A stretch of 64,000 bases of DNA, from assembly GCA_964016885.1 (NCBI GenBank), contig OZ024754.1:1116001-1180000 (forward strand), given 5' to 3'. Of this stretch, positions 1 to 15,130 are shown in pieces. This DNA comes from Eledone cirrhosa (lineage: Eukaryota). Each line of letters begins with the position of its first letter. Position 1 is the first letter of the stretch. The notes under the pieces were generated by a model, which did no database searches, was not told the origin of the DNA, and saw only the letters and a list, made by a program, of their open reading frames with translations. Both the position numbers and the translations under genes were made by a program.

Positions 1-33
1 ATATATATATATATATATGTATATATATGTATA

Positions 34-92
<59 letters not shown>

Positions 93-236
93 CAGATTAA
101 AGTTTAAGCAAAGAATCGCGATTCTTTGCTTAAACTTTAATCTTTTATTTTAATAATATTTGCTCTACGGTTCTTAAATATTTGATATATACTTATCGAG
201 TCCTCTTTGGATGTTAGTCTTCAAAATTATTATTAT

Positions 237-272
<36 letters not shown>

Positions 273-341
273 ATACTTTGGGAGGGTCATGTTGCCAATA
301 TGACCCTTCAGATAAAGAATCTTGCTAAACAAATTCAGAAA

Positions 342-383
<42 letters not shown>

Positions 384-421
384 TTTCTGAATATATACAT
401 ATGTATACAGACGTACAGTAG

Positions 422-465
<44 letters not shown>

Positions 466-488
466 CAGGCACACATATATATATGTAC

Positions 489-583
<95 letters not shown>

Positions 584-810
584 TATGTATACGTACATAC
601 ATATATGTATATAGACGTACAGTAGTATGTATATACATAAATACATGCACATATATATATATGTACGTATGGGTTTACCGAACATTTATATATATATATA
701 TAAGCATGTATACGTACATACATATATGTATACAGGCGTACAGTAGTATGTATATATATACATACATACACATATATATATATATATGTACGTATGGGTT
801 TACCGAACAT
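1..810. repeat. (TA)n-dominated compound microsatellite, representative of many (TA)n, (CA)n, (GA)n, (CATA)n and (CAT)n tracts in the window
   Basis: Seen directly. Confidence 0.95.
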
Positions 811-974
811 TTATTATAATGTTCAGTTTGTTTGTAAACAAACAGCCCGAATTAAGCCATACAGTGTTCGGCAAACATCGTTGCCCTTTTGTTCAACACT
901 GACAAAGGAACAATGAACTAGTTTCTAGCTTCTTAAGCTGTCACCAGCACTGTATACCGTCCTGTCAATCGATT

Positions 975-1393
975 GCTGTAGTGGAGTCTGTGCTGCTGTA
1001 CGGGTCTGAGACTTGGACACTGACCAAGAAACTCACTCAGATGGTGGATGGGTGCTACACGAGAATGCTGAGGATGGCTCTAAACAGTATACACTGAGGA
1101 TGAAAAACTCAGAGCTGTATGGGAGCCTCCCAAAATTCAGCTCAAAAGTGACGCAGAGGAGACTGAGGCTAGCTGGACATGCTCACCGACATCCAGAGTT
1201 GACACTGCACTCAGTGCTCCTTTGGGAGCCCCTACATGGACACACTGGAAGAGGAAGACCAAGGTTAACGTATGTTGAAGCCCTAAGGACAGACACTGGT
1301 CTGTTGGAGACGCAGGACATGGCAGCGATAATGAGGGACAGAGACCGCTGGAGAGAACTCGTCCATGGATCTCGGGAATTTTACCCGCCCTAG
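975..1393 (+). mobile_element. RTE-clade LINE 3' fragment
   Basis: VESVLLYGSETW…RRLRLAGH…GRGRPRLTY…DRDRWR; near-identical to 41540-41964. Confidence 0.85.
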
Positions 1394-2102
1394 TATATAT
1401 ATATATATATATAAAGAAAAAGAGATGAAATCGAAAATGCAACTGGAGTCTTATTTTTTTTTAAATATATATATTTATTTGGTTCCTTTACCGGTTTCGC
1501 AGTTCTTCTGCTTTTCAAAAGGTGAGTTGAGATGGAGGGTCTGTGGTTTTTCTCACTTTTGGCACAAGGCCAGCAATTATCCAGTTCATTACTGGTATTC
1601 TGAGTTAAGAATAATGTAAATAAATTAGTAGAACGAAAATGCCAGAGGTTATCAAAATCATAAAAGTAATAATAATTAAGATTTATACAATTATATATAT
1701 ACACGCCGTACGTACATATACATGCACATACACATAAACACGCGCACACGTACATAAACCCGGCGTGACTATATACCCGCACACATACGAACGTATACAC
1801 CAAATACACATACATATATGTGTGTGTATACATATAATTACATATACATATATAAATATACACACATATATGCATATAACACACACACATGCCTACACGT
1901 AAATACACATATGTTCAACAAACGTACATATACACATTCATACATACCCGTATATACACATATACATACATATATGTGTATATAAACAAATTCAAACATA
2001 CATACATATACACACATACACTCATCCGTATATACATAAATACACCAACACAACACATACACAAAAGTTATCCATATATATATATACAGATATATACAGA
2101 CA

Positions 2103-2144
<42 letters not shown>

Positions 2145-2369
2145 CCACTTCATGTTTTATTTTATTTATTTTTTTCTCGCGACCCAACTCACTCCTGCTC
2201 GGAGTTCCTCCTCCGCCCTACTCTCACTAAGCGTGAAACTAATAATATTTGTAACATTTACTCCTGCGTTTGTCTGTTTTTTGTTTTCCGATATTCCGAA
2301 CAATATATATATATATATATATATAATTAATTCTGGCAATATTACACAAATATGACCCTCCCCAAGTAT

Positions 2370-2430
<61 letters not shown>

Positions 2431-3022
2431 GGTATTAGGATTGGTGGTCTGAAATAGCGATGTATACATAAATGTATGTATAGTATAATTGGCTATATAC
2501 TGTATGTTTAAATAAAAACATTTAGAAGACCATTTGCTATGAGTTTTAAAGTAGTAACTATGTCACTTTCTTATTTTCGGAGAAAACAAAGGGAGAGTGA
2601 AGGACAGTCTTTTTCTCGCTTGTTGGCGTTTATCAAACACACTTCCCGGCCTTCGCCGAAAATTATAGAAGCTGGATTCTTATATGTTCTTATATATTCT
2701 TACATGGACCAAAAAGCGCTACCTAGGGTTTCAAGGTCCAATCATGACCATCTCCCAAGATTGTGCATGGTGGTGCAGAATGGAAAAGCGATCAAATTGG
2801 CGACCTACTCATCATCATCATCATATTCATATATATATATATAAATATATATATAGTAAGTAGAATCAAGGTGGGTGTTACAGCATATATATATACTCGA
2901 CATATTACAATTGATTCAATATCGACCAGCTCAGGATACGATCATTATGACCAGGGCCAGAGTCTTCTTCCACATCTCCTCAGATATGCGAGTTCATATC
3001 TGCAAAGACACTGCTTACACAC

Positions 3023-3090
<68 letters not shown>

Positions 3091-3220
3091 CGGCGATGAA
3101 TTAGTTTTGTAATATTACACAAATATGACCCTCCCCAAGTATAACAATATATATATATAACAATATATATATATATATACACATACGACGGTCTTGCGTA
3201 CATTATTTCCTCTATCATAG

Positions 3221-3420
3221 GGCGGTGGATTGGCAGTATCGGTAGAGGGTCATACGCCATGCTTTGTAGCATAGAGTTACGTCCCTTTACGATCTGAGTT
3301 CAAATCCCGCCGGGGCTAACACTGCCTTTCACCCTTACGGGGTCGATAAAATAAAGAATAAAGCATCAGTAGTGCACTGGGGTAATTGCTGGCGTTGTGC
3401 CAAAAGAAGAAATAATTATT
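3221..3420 (+). mobile_element. tRNA-derived SINE, family A (Nin/Deu-like central domain)
   Basis: A box TGGCAGTATCGG, B box GAGTTCAAATCCC, gcctttcacccttacggggtcgataaaa core. Other copies near 11588-11700, 19139-19326, 27690-27877, 46442-46621, 52128-52505 (tandem), 53155-53353 and 54348-54650. Confidence 0.85.
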
Positions 3421-4056
3421 TCCTCTATCATATAACACTCAATAGACGCACAATGCCACCGAACCCGCAATCACGTGTTTGTGAAGCGAACATCTAAACA
3501 GGGAAACATGCCTCTTCCACATGTATTAATAAACGCGTTTAGTACTTATTTACCATATACACGCCGAATTAAACGAAAAGGCACCCATTTACCAACAGAG
3601 TAAAGTTTACTGAAACCTGCATCAATCTGTTAAGAAGTATTCACGTATAGAAAATAATAATTACGATCACTTTAGGGCCAATAAAATTTGCATGCTTAAG
3701 ATATAAAATGAATTAACTTTACTTTATCTGAATTAATGCCAATAGCATAAATTCCTATAAAGAACTCAATAACGTCCGCTAAAAATTTCAATTAGTTGAA
3801 ATTTCCCTTTAATTTGGAAGAAGAAAAAATAAAATAAAATCCTATCGGTAATTCCTAACCACTCTTAAAGAAACGGTGAGATACTTTGACGAAATTAAGA
3901 ATTAATCATCTAAATTGATAAGACATTTTCCAAGGCAAATATATTATGACAATAATTGTTTGTTAATTCAATTTTAATTATAGATAGACATTATCAGTTT
4001 GGATTGACTACTGTAAAACTAAGGAGGTGTATAATGACACTAAAACTGATGATTAT

Positions 4057-4255
4057 TTTGAAGACTTCTGGTGTTCTTGGCCCTAGGACAACCTCCCTAC
4101 TCACCACCATCGGCACGGAGTTGGCTATCCGCAGGTGCGAGCCTCACGAGCTGGAATTTCTCTTCCAATGCGTCTCCTTCACCATCCTCCGGAGAAACAC
4201 CTTCTCTATTCAGTTCGCCGGGGCCACAGGCCGGCCAGTGCGTAGGCCCCCATTT
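4057..4255 (+). mobile_element. CRE-clade non-LTR retrotransposon C-terminal remnant
   Basis: TSGVLGP…IG…EPHELEFLFQCVSFTILRRN resembles the ETxGxxG…FLxQRxSxxxxRGN RLE terminus. Confidence 0.65.
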
Positions 4256-4816
4256 GCTTATAATAGTGAGAGATGGTGAGAGCGAGAGAGAAGGAGGCAG
4301 TAACAATGGGAATTTGATTCCATTAAGTTCAGACCTAATATATATTTATTTACAACACCACATTTTTAAAAACTTCTACAACTACTGGAATGGAATGGAA
4401 TGGCGAATTCTTTGCTTGCGAAGATCAGTAGGAAGAATTGGTATCCTCTTCCATGCAGTGGCGCACTCTGAGGTGGCTGAAGAGGCGAATCCTGGACCTG
4501 CAACAACTACTACCACTATTAAAACAACAAGAATCTTTATTCGAAACTGGGTGAAAGTAATCTTTTGAACTATAAACTGATGATTATTTAACTCAGGTTT
4601 TATAATTTCACAAAGTTTTACCAATAGAGAGAGAGTCGGTTTCTAACATAGACACAAGACTCTCTCATTGGAATTTACACAACATCAACTAGGTAGATAT
4701 GTATGTCTGCATGCATGTGTAGATATGGATGTTATTGTATGTGTGGATGTGGATGTTTTGAGTTGTATGTGCGCATGTGTATATGCTTTGTATCTGTACA
4801 TGTGTATATGCAGTTA

Positions 4817-7150
4817 TTAGATGCAAAATTTTTGGAATGTTTTACATATTTTTACTGTTCCATTAATGGATTGTACTTGTAATTTCCTAACTAGTTGTGT
4901 TCTTTCTGTTCCTGTGAAGTCTAGCTTCTCAAGATTTGTATTGAGGCAGTTACTAACATATGCCAGTGCCCCAATAACCACAGGCATAGATCTGAAGGTG
5001 TAATCAGGGTGGAGTATCTGCAGATTTCTCATCAGTTCTGCATAAATATTCTCCTTTTCACTAATCTTTGATATTATATTGGCATCTGCTGGGCAACTAA
5101 TTTCCACTACTGTGCATGCTTTCTTCTCTCTGTCCCATATCATAATATTTGGTCTGTTATGCCTGCATTTTATTGGGGTTTTTACTGGAACATTCCACCA
5201 GTACTCTTTCATATTATGTAGATGGATGTCTTCCACATTGCTGTAGCTTTTAATGTGTTTATTATCGGGGCTATCTTTTTTACGAACTGCATTGTACAGT
5301 GTTTTGGCCACTACATCATGCCTCATAGGTAGATAGTACCGCGATGACATCTTTGGACAGCTGCTGATGACATGGGTGATATCCTCGATGTTAGTTCTGC
5401 AGAGTCTACACTTGTTATCACATCTAGGTGTTTTGCCTGCATCCCTATCTCTTTTGTGAATCACGTATTTCGTGTTAATCTCCTGTTCTTGGATTGCAAA
5501 AGCGTATCCTTCAAAGTGGGAGCCAATATAGCGGTTGTTGGTCCAAGATAGACTACTTTCCTTATCTATATTACTCTCACTCTGGAGCTTCCTGGCAACA
5601 TATCCATGCATGATTTTTTGCTAATAAGTATGCAGTTTTTCATCCATGGATTCACTGCGATACTGCTGAGCGACTTCCCTGGGTGTGAGTTTTTGATTAT
5701 CACACAGGGAATATCTCTTCCCAACTCTCATGATCTTATCTGTTTCATGCAGATAGACTTGCTCGAGAAACGGGCTCCTATGCTTCGAGGTTCGTAGATG
5801 TTGTCGGAGAGATATGATGCGACATTCAAATGTTGTCTGGACTGATGTTAGGTCTCTGTCTCCCTGCTTACGTTTCAAGTAAAGGCGGTCTGTGTCAGTG
5901 TTGATGTGGAAGTTTCCGGTGTTGTTTAGTATTTTTCGAGTTCCAACATCAACTGCTCGGATTTCGTCTATCGTCCAATTGAGTATTCCAAACATTGGTG
6001 TTAGGACAGGCACAGCGAAAACATTGTGAGCCACTGTTTTGTTTTGCGCAGAGAGTTCCGATAACCAGATCTTTCTTAATCGGGTGTAGTATTCCCTGGT
6101 TACGCGTTCTTTATTACAGATACCATTATAGGATATGTTCTCATCTATCCCCAGGTATCTGTAGCAGTCCTCATCAGATATCGGTGAAACAGTTAGGCCA
6201 CTGATGACAATGTTGCTAGATTGGGTTGTTGTTTTTCCCCGCTTTACAGTCATGTATGAGCATTTATCTTGGCCAAACTCCATTCCTATATCCTTTGAGA
6301 ACGTTGTAACCAGGTCAAGATTTTTCTTCATCCCATCCATGATCTTGGCATAGAGTTTCAGATCGTCCACAAAGAAATTATGGGTTAGGTTCGTATTTCT
6401 GTCCTCCTGTGAGCCAATGATGTATCCCTCACATTTCTTGAGCAGAAAGGACAAGGGGTTTAATGACAAGATGAATAATATCACAGAGAGACTGTCCTCC
6501 TGAAATATACCCCTGCAATATTTTATTTTATCAGTGAAAATAGAGTCCACCCTCTCTGTCTTTAACCTTAGGATAGTAGCCCAAGAAGAAGACAGCCTCT
6601 CTATGGCTCTGACAATAATGTCTGGGACTTTAGCAAGTTGGAGGGCCTCTATCATCCAAGAGTGGGGAACAGAATCGAAAACTTTCCTGTAGTCCAGCCA
6701 GACTGTAGCCATATTCCTCCTAAGTTATCGCACCTCCGACATCGCAGTTTTGTTGATTAGGAGTTGTTCAGCACGTCGCCAAACCCCTTTCTTTCCAGCT
6801 GATTGTTCATCTGTGATGGTGTTATTATTTTCACGGTGATCTTGGAGGAATAGGTTCAGGCAGGCTGTATACATCTTATACATCAGGTTCTGGCATGCAA
6901 TGTGTCGGTAGCTTTTTGCGAAGTGGGTGTCTTTGTTCTTGGGGACCAGTAATCTTTGTGCTAATGTCAACCATTCTGGTATAAGTGTATCTCCCTTAAG
7001 AACTTGTTGGTAGAGGTCAGTAAGATACCTCCGATAGAATATTAGTGTTTTGTACCAGTAGCCGACAATCATGTCTCTTCCTGGTGTTTTCTTATCTTTG
7101 AGTTTTCCTATCACAGTCTCAAGGGTATATTTACTCATGCAATTACGGGT
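4817..7150 (-). mobile_element. R4/Dong-clade LINE, degraded (RT plus CCHC/RLE endonuclease)
   Basis: WLDYRKVFDSVPHSW, GIFQEDSLS, FFVDDLKLY, CRLC…HVISSC, RHDVVA, RPNIMIWD…VEISCP; frameshifts and stops. Confidence 0.9.
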
Positions 7151-7269
7151 GGTTGTGTACCTTGTTGTGTACCACCCGTAATTGCATGAGTAAATATATA
7201 TCTATCTATGATATGGAAATATATTTATGTGTGTATATATATATATTTATGTATGTGTATATGTGTATG

Positions 7270-7305
<36 letters not shown>

Positions 7306-8535
7306 AGTGTATATATATATGTGTTTGTGTGTGTGTATATGTGAGTATAGGTGTATGAGTGTTTATATATGAGTGTGTGTACATGTATGAGGAGTGTACA
7401 TAGACACACATATATATATATGTGTGTATATATATATATATGTATGTATATGTGTATATATATATGTATATATGTGGATATAGGTGTGTATGTGTGGATA
7501 TAGATATGTATGGATATGTGTGTATATGATTATGTGCATATGTGTAAATGTGTATTTAGGTTTGCATCTATTTGTGCGTATGTATATTTTTGGTTGGATA
7601 TCAATATAACTGTACCTCTCTCTATATATAGTGTGGATATATACACTTTGTAATCTATGAAATTTATGTGTTTTAACTATGCCAACATGTATTTATCTGA
7701 GTTTGATTATTTATGCATAAACATACTTGATAGTATTTTAGAGCGTATCATATGCTGTATTATACTAAGTGCAATCTACCACACCGTACTATATTGTGTT
7801 GGTTAAGTTGTATATTATCGCATTACTGTATTTCATCATCTTATTATAATTTTCATCTTTTAATATACTCTCTTTCCTAGCCATAACCTTAATTTATATT
7901 CACCTAAAAATTCAATACAACACTAATCACCATTTATTTTGACATTCTTTTTAACTTCACTATACCAGATACATTCAACTATCAGTTTGACAATCCCTTT
8001 CCTCCTAATAGATTTATTTGGCAATTCTACTATTAAGACCATTCAACCATTCCTTTCAAAGGGTCATGACCTCAACTAAAGTGTATTACTTTTCATCTTA
8101 ACACCATATGAAAAAAAAACAATTTGATTCGTTAGTTCTTCAACAACCTCCAAATAAGTACATGATACTAACATACTACTAATTCTGAATAAAATTATTA
8201 TTGAATAAAATTATTATTGCTTTTGAAAACAGCTGGTGATATGCATGTAAGTAAATATTCTCTTTATCTGATATTTTGTAACTAACCTTACATAGATCAA
8301 TAACGGAGTGTAACTACAATGTATTATCATCATCTAGAAACGATTGTAAAGCAGTGAAGTATATTTCTAATGACTTGATTTTTTATTTCATTGGTTTAAC
8401 TTATATCATTACTCTGTTTTCCTTTTAATGTTTTATTGTTTTCCGAGATTTATCTTAATCTACAACATTTTCAACATATGGATTACATCGAGTTCTTCAT
8501 GCAGAATAGACCCCACAACTTACTGTTGATACCTC

Positions 8536-8600
<65 letters not shown>

Positions 8601-8608
8601 CGAAGGAG

Positions 8609-8788
8609 GTGTGGTAAGGAACCAGATGGACCATAACGCACCAGAGTTCTCAATGCTTAGGGTAGTAGAGTGGGTAATAGGAAAATGTTTGACTCCGACG
8701 GCAGAGCTCAAGCCGTTTTGACGGCTATTTCTGTCCAGAAATAGCCGTCGAACCGGCTTGAGCTTTGCCGTCGGGGTCAAACATTGTT

Positions 8789-8790
<2 letters not shown>
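8609..8790 (+). mobile_element. Palindromic non-autonomous element (about 50-bp arm hairpin)
   Basis: Inverted arms 8683-8785. Related copies at 42005-42190 (-) and 51076-51204 (+). Confidence 0.65.
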
Positions 8791-8849
<59 letters not shown>

Positions 8850-8997
8850 TATATGTTTGTGTGTGTGTGTGTATATGTATATGTATATATATGTATATAT
8901 ATCTGTGTGTGTATATATGTATATATCTATCTATATATATATATATATATATATTTATCAATGTTTATCACTGATTGACCAGTGGTTAAAAATACAG

Positions 8998-9085
<88 letters not shown>

Positions 9086-9500
9086 TTAGTTAACTAATAA
9101 GCTCTGTAGCCTACATAGAGCACTTTTTTCCTGTACCTTTCCGACGGAATTCATCTTGTTGAGTGCTTCCAATCTATCGTAAAACTCATTCTTTGATTTA
9201 GTCATTGAACCTTGTTTAACCTTTAAATATATATATATATATACGCGTGCGTGCATGCATCGATATATGGGCATGCATTTATTTATATGTATTTGTATGT
9301 ATGCTCATCTATATATACACATCTATTTTTGTACCTATGCTGATCCTCCTCTATATGTATACCTCACTGTACGAGTTTACCCTCATACGCATTTTGTAAA
9401 TTTCCATTCATATTCAGGTGTCTCTCTGTGTATCTATGTACGTCTCCTCGGATGCGAACTTGGCTATTTTTGTCTAGCCACGCCTGTAGCCACGCCTGTA

Positions 9501-9561
<61 letters not shown>

Positions 9562-9608
9562 GCACACACACACGCGCACACACACACGCACGCACGCACA
9601 CACACACG

Positions 9609-9646
<38 letters not shown>

Positions 9647-10018
9647 CACATATATAGTGGTAAAAAAAACGGGATGTTATATCCGAAGAGCACTCAGTCC
9701 AAAGGACGTGTTCGGTAGAGTGTTAATTCCACAACAAATTACCGAAACATATTCGAAGACACGTGTTTCAACGGAAGAATTTACAAACCATGTATGGTTC
9801 CGTTCTTATGGTAACCATACACGGGTTGAAAATCCCTCCGGTGAAACAAGTGTCCTTCTATATGGTTTGCAAATTTGTTGAGGAACAAACTCTCTCTATA
9901 TATATATAAATGTGTGTGCGCGTGTGCATTTGTGTATGTTTCTCTCTCTCTATATATATATATATATATGCGTGTGCGTGGGTGAACATATATAGAGTGT
10001 GTATTTGTGAGTGTGCGC

Positions 10019-10141
<123 letters not shown>

Positions 10142-10454
10142 TGATATATTGAGAGAGACAAAGAACTAAGTTCATATATCCTTTCTCTCATATTTACTTA
10201 GATTTTCTCTATACCTGTGTGTTAAACACAGTAGGTTAACATTTCATTGTAACATTTTCGTTTCTATATTCTATTTATGTAAGATTCCTGTTATTTTATA
10301 GCAATAAAATATATTGAATATCAATCAATATTATTGATAATCTTTAATTTATTTCGCTTGTCCATGTCGTTTTCCCTTACTATTTTCTGAAGACATTTTT
10401 ATCTTAACAATGTTTTCATCATCCTTTATTCAGTGACTTTCATTCTTATTACCA

Positions 10455-10526
<72 letters not shown>

Positions 10527-11044
10527 CTCTCTCTCTCCCTCTCTCTCTCTTTTCCTTCTTTATTTCCTTCCATCCATTCTTTCTCCTTTTTTTTCTCATT
10601 CAATCGATAATTTTGTTTGGATAAGCTATCCACATTTCTTTTCGCCTTTCATTTTTATATCAACTGAGATATAATTGTTTGTTTCTGTTTTTTTTTTTTA
10701 TGTAATAAACATTTGGTAAACATTCAACAAATGCCACTTTTAGAGTTTGAAATATCATTTGGTTTTTATTTGTGACTTTCTTATCCAACCATTTACTACA
10801 ATGACATTTTAATGTGTTGCTACTGCTTCAGAATTATGAATGAATTAATCAGTAGCCATTTTATCTTGTTCTGATTTTTTAAAACTGCAGTAGATTTAAG
10901 TAGATTTGCCTCTTGTTTAATTAACAATATAGAAATAGATAATATTGTGAGCTTCCGTGGTTCAATTAAGGATTAAAGTTTTAAGTTTCAAAAGACATAG
11001 TAATTTAAACAGGATATTTTCCTAGTGCATTTCTGAAAATCTCC

Positions 11045-11415
11045 TCAGTTACACTGCAGGGTGGGTATGCCTGAGTTGGGCAGTGGGGTGAGCTTCTGCT
11101 GACCTACAAAATAGCTCACATAGGTTGTGTTTATCACCCTGTCGGCCAACCCACCCCCCACCGCCCCCATGTGTCCCCGCCGCGGTACTGGCTCCACCAC
11201 ATTGGGTTGGATGTGAAAGTGAGAGCTTGGTGCTACAACCGATGTAATGCTTGGATCGCGCAATCTTAAAGTGCATTTACTTGCAACTGAGCACCGCCCC
11301 TGAAACCAAACGCCCGAAGAAACTCCAAACGAATTTACACCGTGAAATTCCTTCGATAAAGCCGGCTCACCCCATCCCGGTGAATGTCGCCACAAGTACA
11401 AATAAGAAAGTACAA
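11045..11415 (+). mobile_element. GC-rich short element ending in an RTE-type 3' tail
   Basis: Tail gccggctcaccccatcccggtgaatgtcgccacaagtacaa matches the tail of the RTE fragment at 30015-30075 (-). Confidence 0.55.
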
Positions 11416-12514
11416 TGAAGTATATATCGCTATTCTTACACTCAAGGAATTTCTCTTAATGATTCTCTTTTATAATTACATCGTGCGTATAAATCTAAAA
11501 TTCTTTATAAACTTTTAAATATACATAAATAACATTACAAATTGCTCACAATTCTTTTAGAATGAAAATACAAATATAAACACATATAATTGTTTCTACT
11601 TTTGGCACAAGGCCAGCAATTACCCAGTGCATTACTGGTACTTTATTTTATCGATCCCGGAAGGATGAAAGGCAAAGTTAACCTCGGCGGGATTTGAACA
11701 CATATAATAAACACAATTGAACCTTAACGCACCAAAATATACGACCAGAGCGAGAGAAAGAAAAAAAGGGAAACAAAAACAAAAACGACCATCAATTCAC
11801 CACCAAATGCGACAATTGGCCGCACCTACATATCAGAACCTTATTTAAAACAAAAGCCGACTCTTGAGTTACTACTTAATATTTCAGCAACGATTTAAAT
11901 TAATATTATTTTGTAAATATAAAACAAAAACACAGCAATATTATTTACAACAGTTTTAAAATAATGGAAACGGTCCAAATGTATCATCATATTTAAAACT
12001 TCAATTGCCATCCAATAGAAATAAAGAGAGATTGTCTTAGATACGTAGTGGTCATTTTTCTCTAAATATTCTTGATAAAACCATACAATTTCTGAAGAGT
12101 ATCTCCTTACCCATAATTACTTGTACGGCTTCTAAAGAATTATTAATAAGACTTTCGATTAAGTCTCTTTATTTATTATTACATGCTTTATTGTCAGAAC
12201 TATCATCAACATTCTATCTCGACCAGAATTAATAGGTATTCACAATTTCAATATCACTTTATTATCTTACGTAACGAGTGTCTGAAAGAATCGCCGGTGT
12301 TACAAAATGTCGATTGCGATTTCGATTTCCAGAAGAAGCTATTTCACTTCATATCTATTTCTAATTTATTTTCCGCGACGAAATGTGGGATGCCACATGT
12401 TGTGACACTTATTAGCGTTTGTACTTGGGCATATGGTAGTTATACATAGATACATACATACATACATACATACATACATACATACATACATACATACATA
12501 CATACATACATACA

Positions 12515-13017
12515 TGATGGCTGCCCCCTCGTTATCAAGTATGGCCATTGCACGATATACCATTATTAATAATTATTAATTAATTCTATCGTGCAATGCC
12601 TGTGCGTGAAGATATTTTTGAAAGTGAGGAAAGACTGTGCACTGAGCCAATCCCACTCTCTGAGCGACAATAGCTATAACCCGGAAGAGAAGAAAAGATC
12701 AACATCATCGGTAACTACTGAGCCGCAGGTTTTATATCGGAGTTATCCCAGTTTCCTGAGTTGCCTTCTCCTAGAAGAATGCTCTGACAAAGACTAGGGG
12801 TCCTTCACTCCCAGTGGTTTAACCGCGCGGTACATGTGTATATGCATATTTACACACTTTTGGATGGCCGTTGACTCTTATGAGTTCTTCCGCCCTTTGC
12901 CAGGTTTTACTTTTTGTCCTGCAGGGTGTCCAAAATCACCCTCTTCACCAAGTAAACTTGGTGGGGTTGCCGGTTTAGTCACCGACGACCCGACCATGCG
13001 ACAGGTTGTACTGGGTT
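12515..13017 (-). mobile_element. Bipartite RTE-derived non-autonomous element
   Basis: Homologous to 26985-27590; same 3' tail; flanked by (CATA)n. Confidence 0.7.
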
Positions 13018-13045
13018 ACATACATACATACATACATACATATAT

Positions 13046-13155
<110 letters not shown>

Positions 13156-13721
13156 TTCAAAATAACGTGCGCACAAGACAAAGACAATGTCGGACCGTCC
13201 CATCTCCTTAGTCAACCTCTGATACTCACTACAGTTTCGGTACATTAAGGTCGATACAGTTCATTCCGGTGCACATTGGGACACATACACACACAAAAAA
13301 AAAAACAGGTAGAAACAATTTATGCCTTTAGGCAAATTACATAAATACAGAGGTGCGCAAGGGCTCAGCCAAAGGAGAAAAGAAATATATATATATATAT
13401 AACATTCTATGACATTTTCGTAATACTAACAAATGAAATCTACAATTCAAACTTATGTAAGGTTTAACTGGTTTCATACGAGGCCAAGCTCCCATAGTAA
13501 AATACAACATGAAATGGAGTATTTTACACAAATTCACAAAACACTGACCGATCCAGTAATTAAGTCTATGATATTATAATCATCCGTCGAAGACTCTACC
13601 CACTATGACAGCGTCTAGCGTTTACAAAAGAACCACATAACGAATTGAATCACAGGAGCAGAAAAGGGTGAGTGAACGGTGTAAAAATGGATATTATTAT
13701 ACAGATTAAGATAAAGATTCC

Positions 13722-13980
13722 AATACATTCATGAGTGAATAACCATATTATAATAAAATCATCAATATTCGATTCGTTTGCAAGCAAACAGCCTCACACG
13801 CCATATGTTCAAGACGACTAACATCATCCTTTTGTAGATTGTTTTTCTCTCTGCTACCACTGGAACAAAAAGATGACGTTAGTCGTCTTTAACACATGGC
13901 GTAATGAGGCTGATTGCTTGCATACTAACCGAATATTAATTATATTTTTATCATATAATTATTTATTCATGAACGCATTT
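13722..13980. mobile_element. Hairpin/MITE-like element
   Basis: Long imperfect inverted arms (tgcaagcaaacagcctc…gaggctgattgcttgca). Half-copies at about 815-900 and 55930-56030. Confidence 0.6.
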
Positions 13981-14308
13981 ACGTATCCGCCATGTTAGAA
14001 CGAAAACAAATTTTGTTGATAAAGATTCCCTTATAAACAAAATTTCAGAAAATCTAAATAGGCAATAAAGCGGTAACCGAGGACCAAAGCTAGCAGCAAG
14101 TTCATACCAATTGGGCTATCACTGGGGAACACAAATTTGACATCCCTTAAATTAACATGTTTCTTGAACAATTTATTCATGACATTCTGGATAAGAGCGG
14201 TGAAACGTGTAATACACTTTAGTAAGTTCAAACTGATGATTTTAAAGAACCTAATTCATTCGAATGAGATTAACTGTTTCATCAAACTTTTAGAGACAAA
14301 ACGACACA

Positions 14309-14366
<58 letters not shown>

Positions 14367-14683
14367 ATCTATCGCTTCCCCCCTCTCTCTCTTCTCTTTC
14401 TCTATCTATCTATCTATCGCTCTTCCCCTCTCTCCCTTTCTGTCTATATAAGTGTGTGTGTATGTATATATATGCATATATATAATATTAGGTATAAATC
14501 GAAGTTGTAGCTGCCATATAGCAGGTAGTAATCGAGTTGTTTGAGGCAATCACAAAGCACTCAATGGAGCGAGATGTTAATACATTACTGTCCAGAGTAA
14601 TCACACCAGTTAAAAAGTGACACCAAGAAAAACGACCAAAGGCAGTGGCCATCATATATCACAACAACGATATATATATATAT

Positions 14684-15039
14684 ATAGCTAACGTATCTAG
14701 TTTCGCTTGGATAAACAGACGATAAGCCGTCTGTGTAGTATAGTATTACTGTTGAAAATATATAGTATAGTACAGTATTACTGTTGAAAATATATAGTAT
14801 TACTATTGGAAATATATAGTATAGTATTACTGTTGAACATACATAGTATGGTATAGTATTAATATTGAAAATATATAGTATAGTATTACTGTTGAAAATA
14901 TATAGTATAGTATTACTGTTGAATACGTATAGTATAGTATTACTGTTCGAGAAAGGGGGAGATAATCGAGAAAAGGGGAGATAATCGAGAAAGGGGGAGA
15001 TAATCGAGAAAGGAGGAGATAATCGAGAAAGGGGGAGAT

Positions 15040-15130
<91 letters not shown>

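Noticed and set aside
174-3272. Many [12 protein letters not shown] and SLSL ORFs here and across the window
   Set aside because: They are translations of microsatellites, which lack stop codons by composition.
8628-8678. Twister-ribozyme resemblance of the hairpin-family head
   Set aside because: Lacks the conserved L4 AAG with the catalytic G, and the UAA cleavage loop is not conserved among copies.
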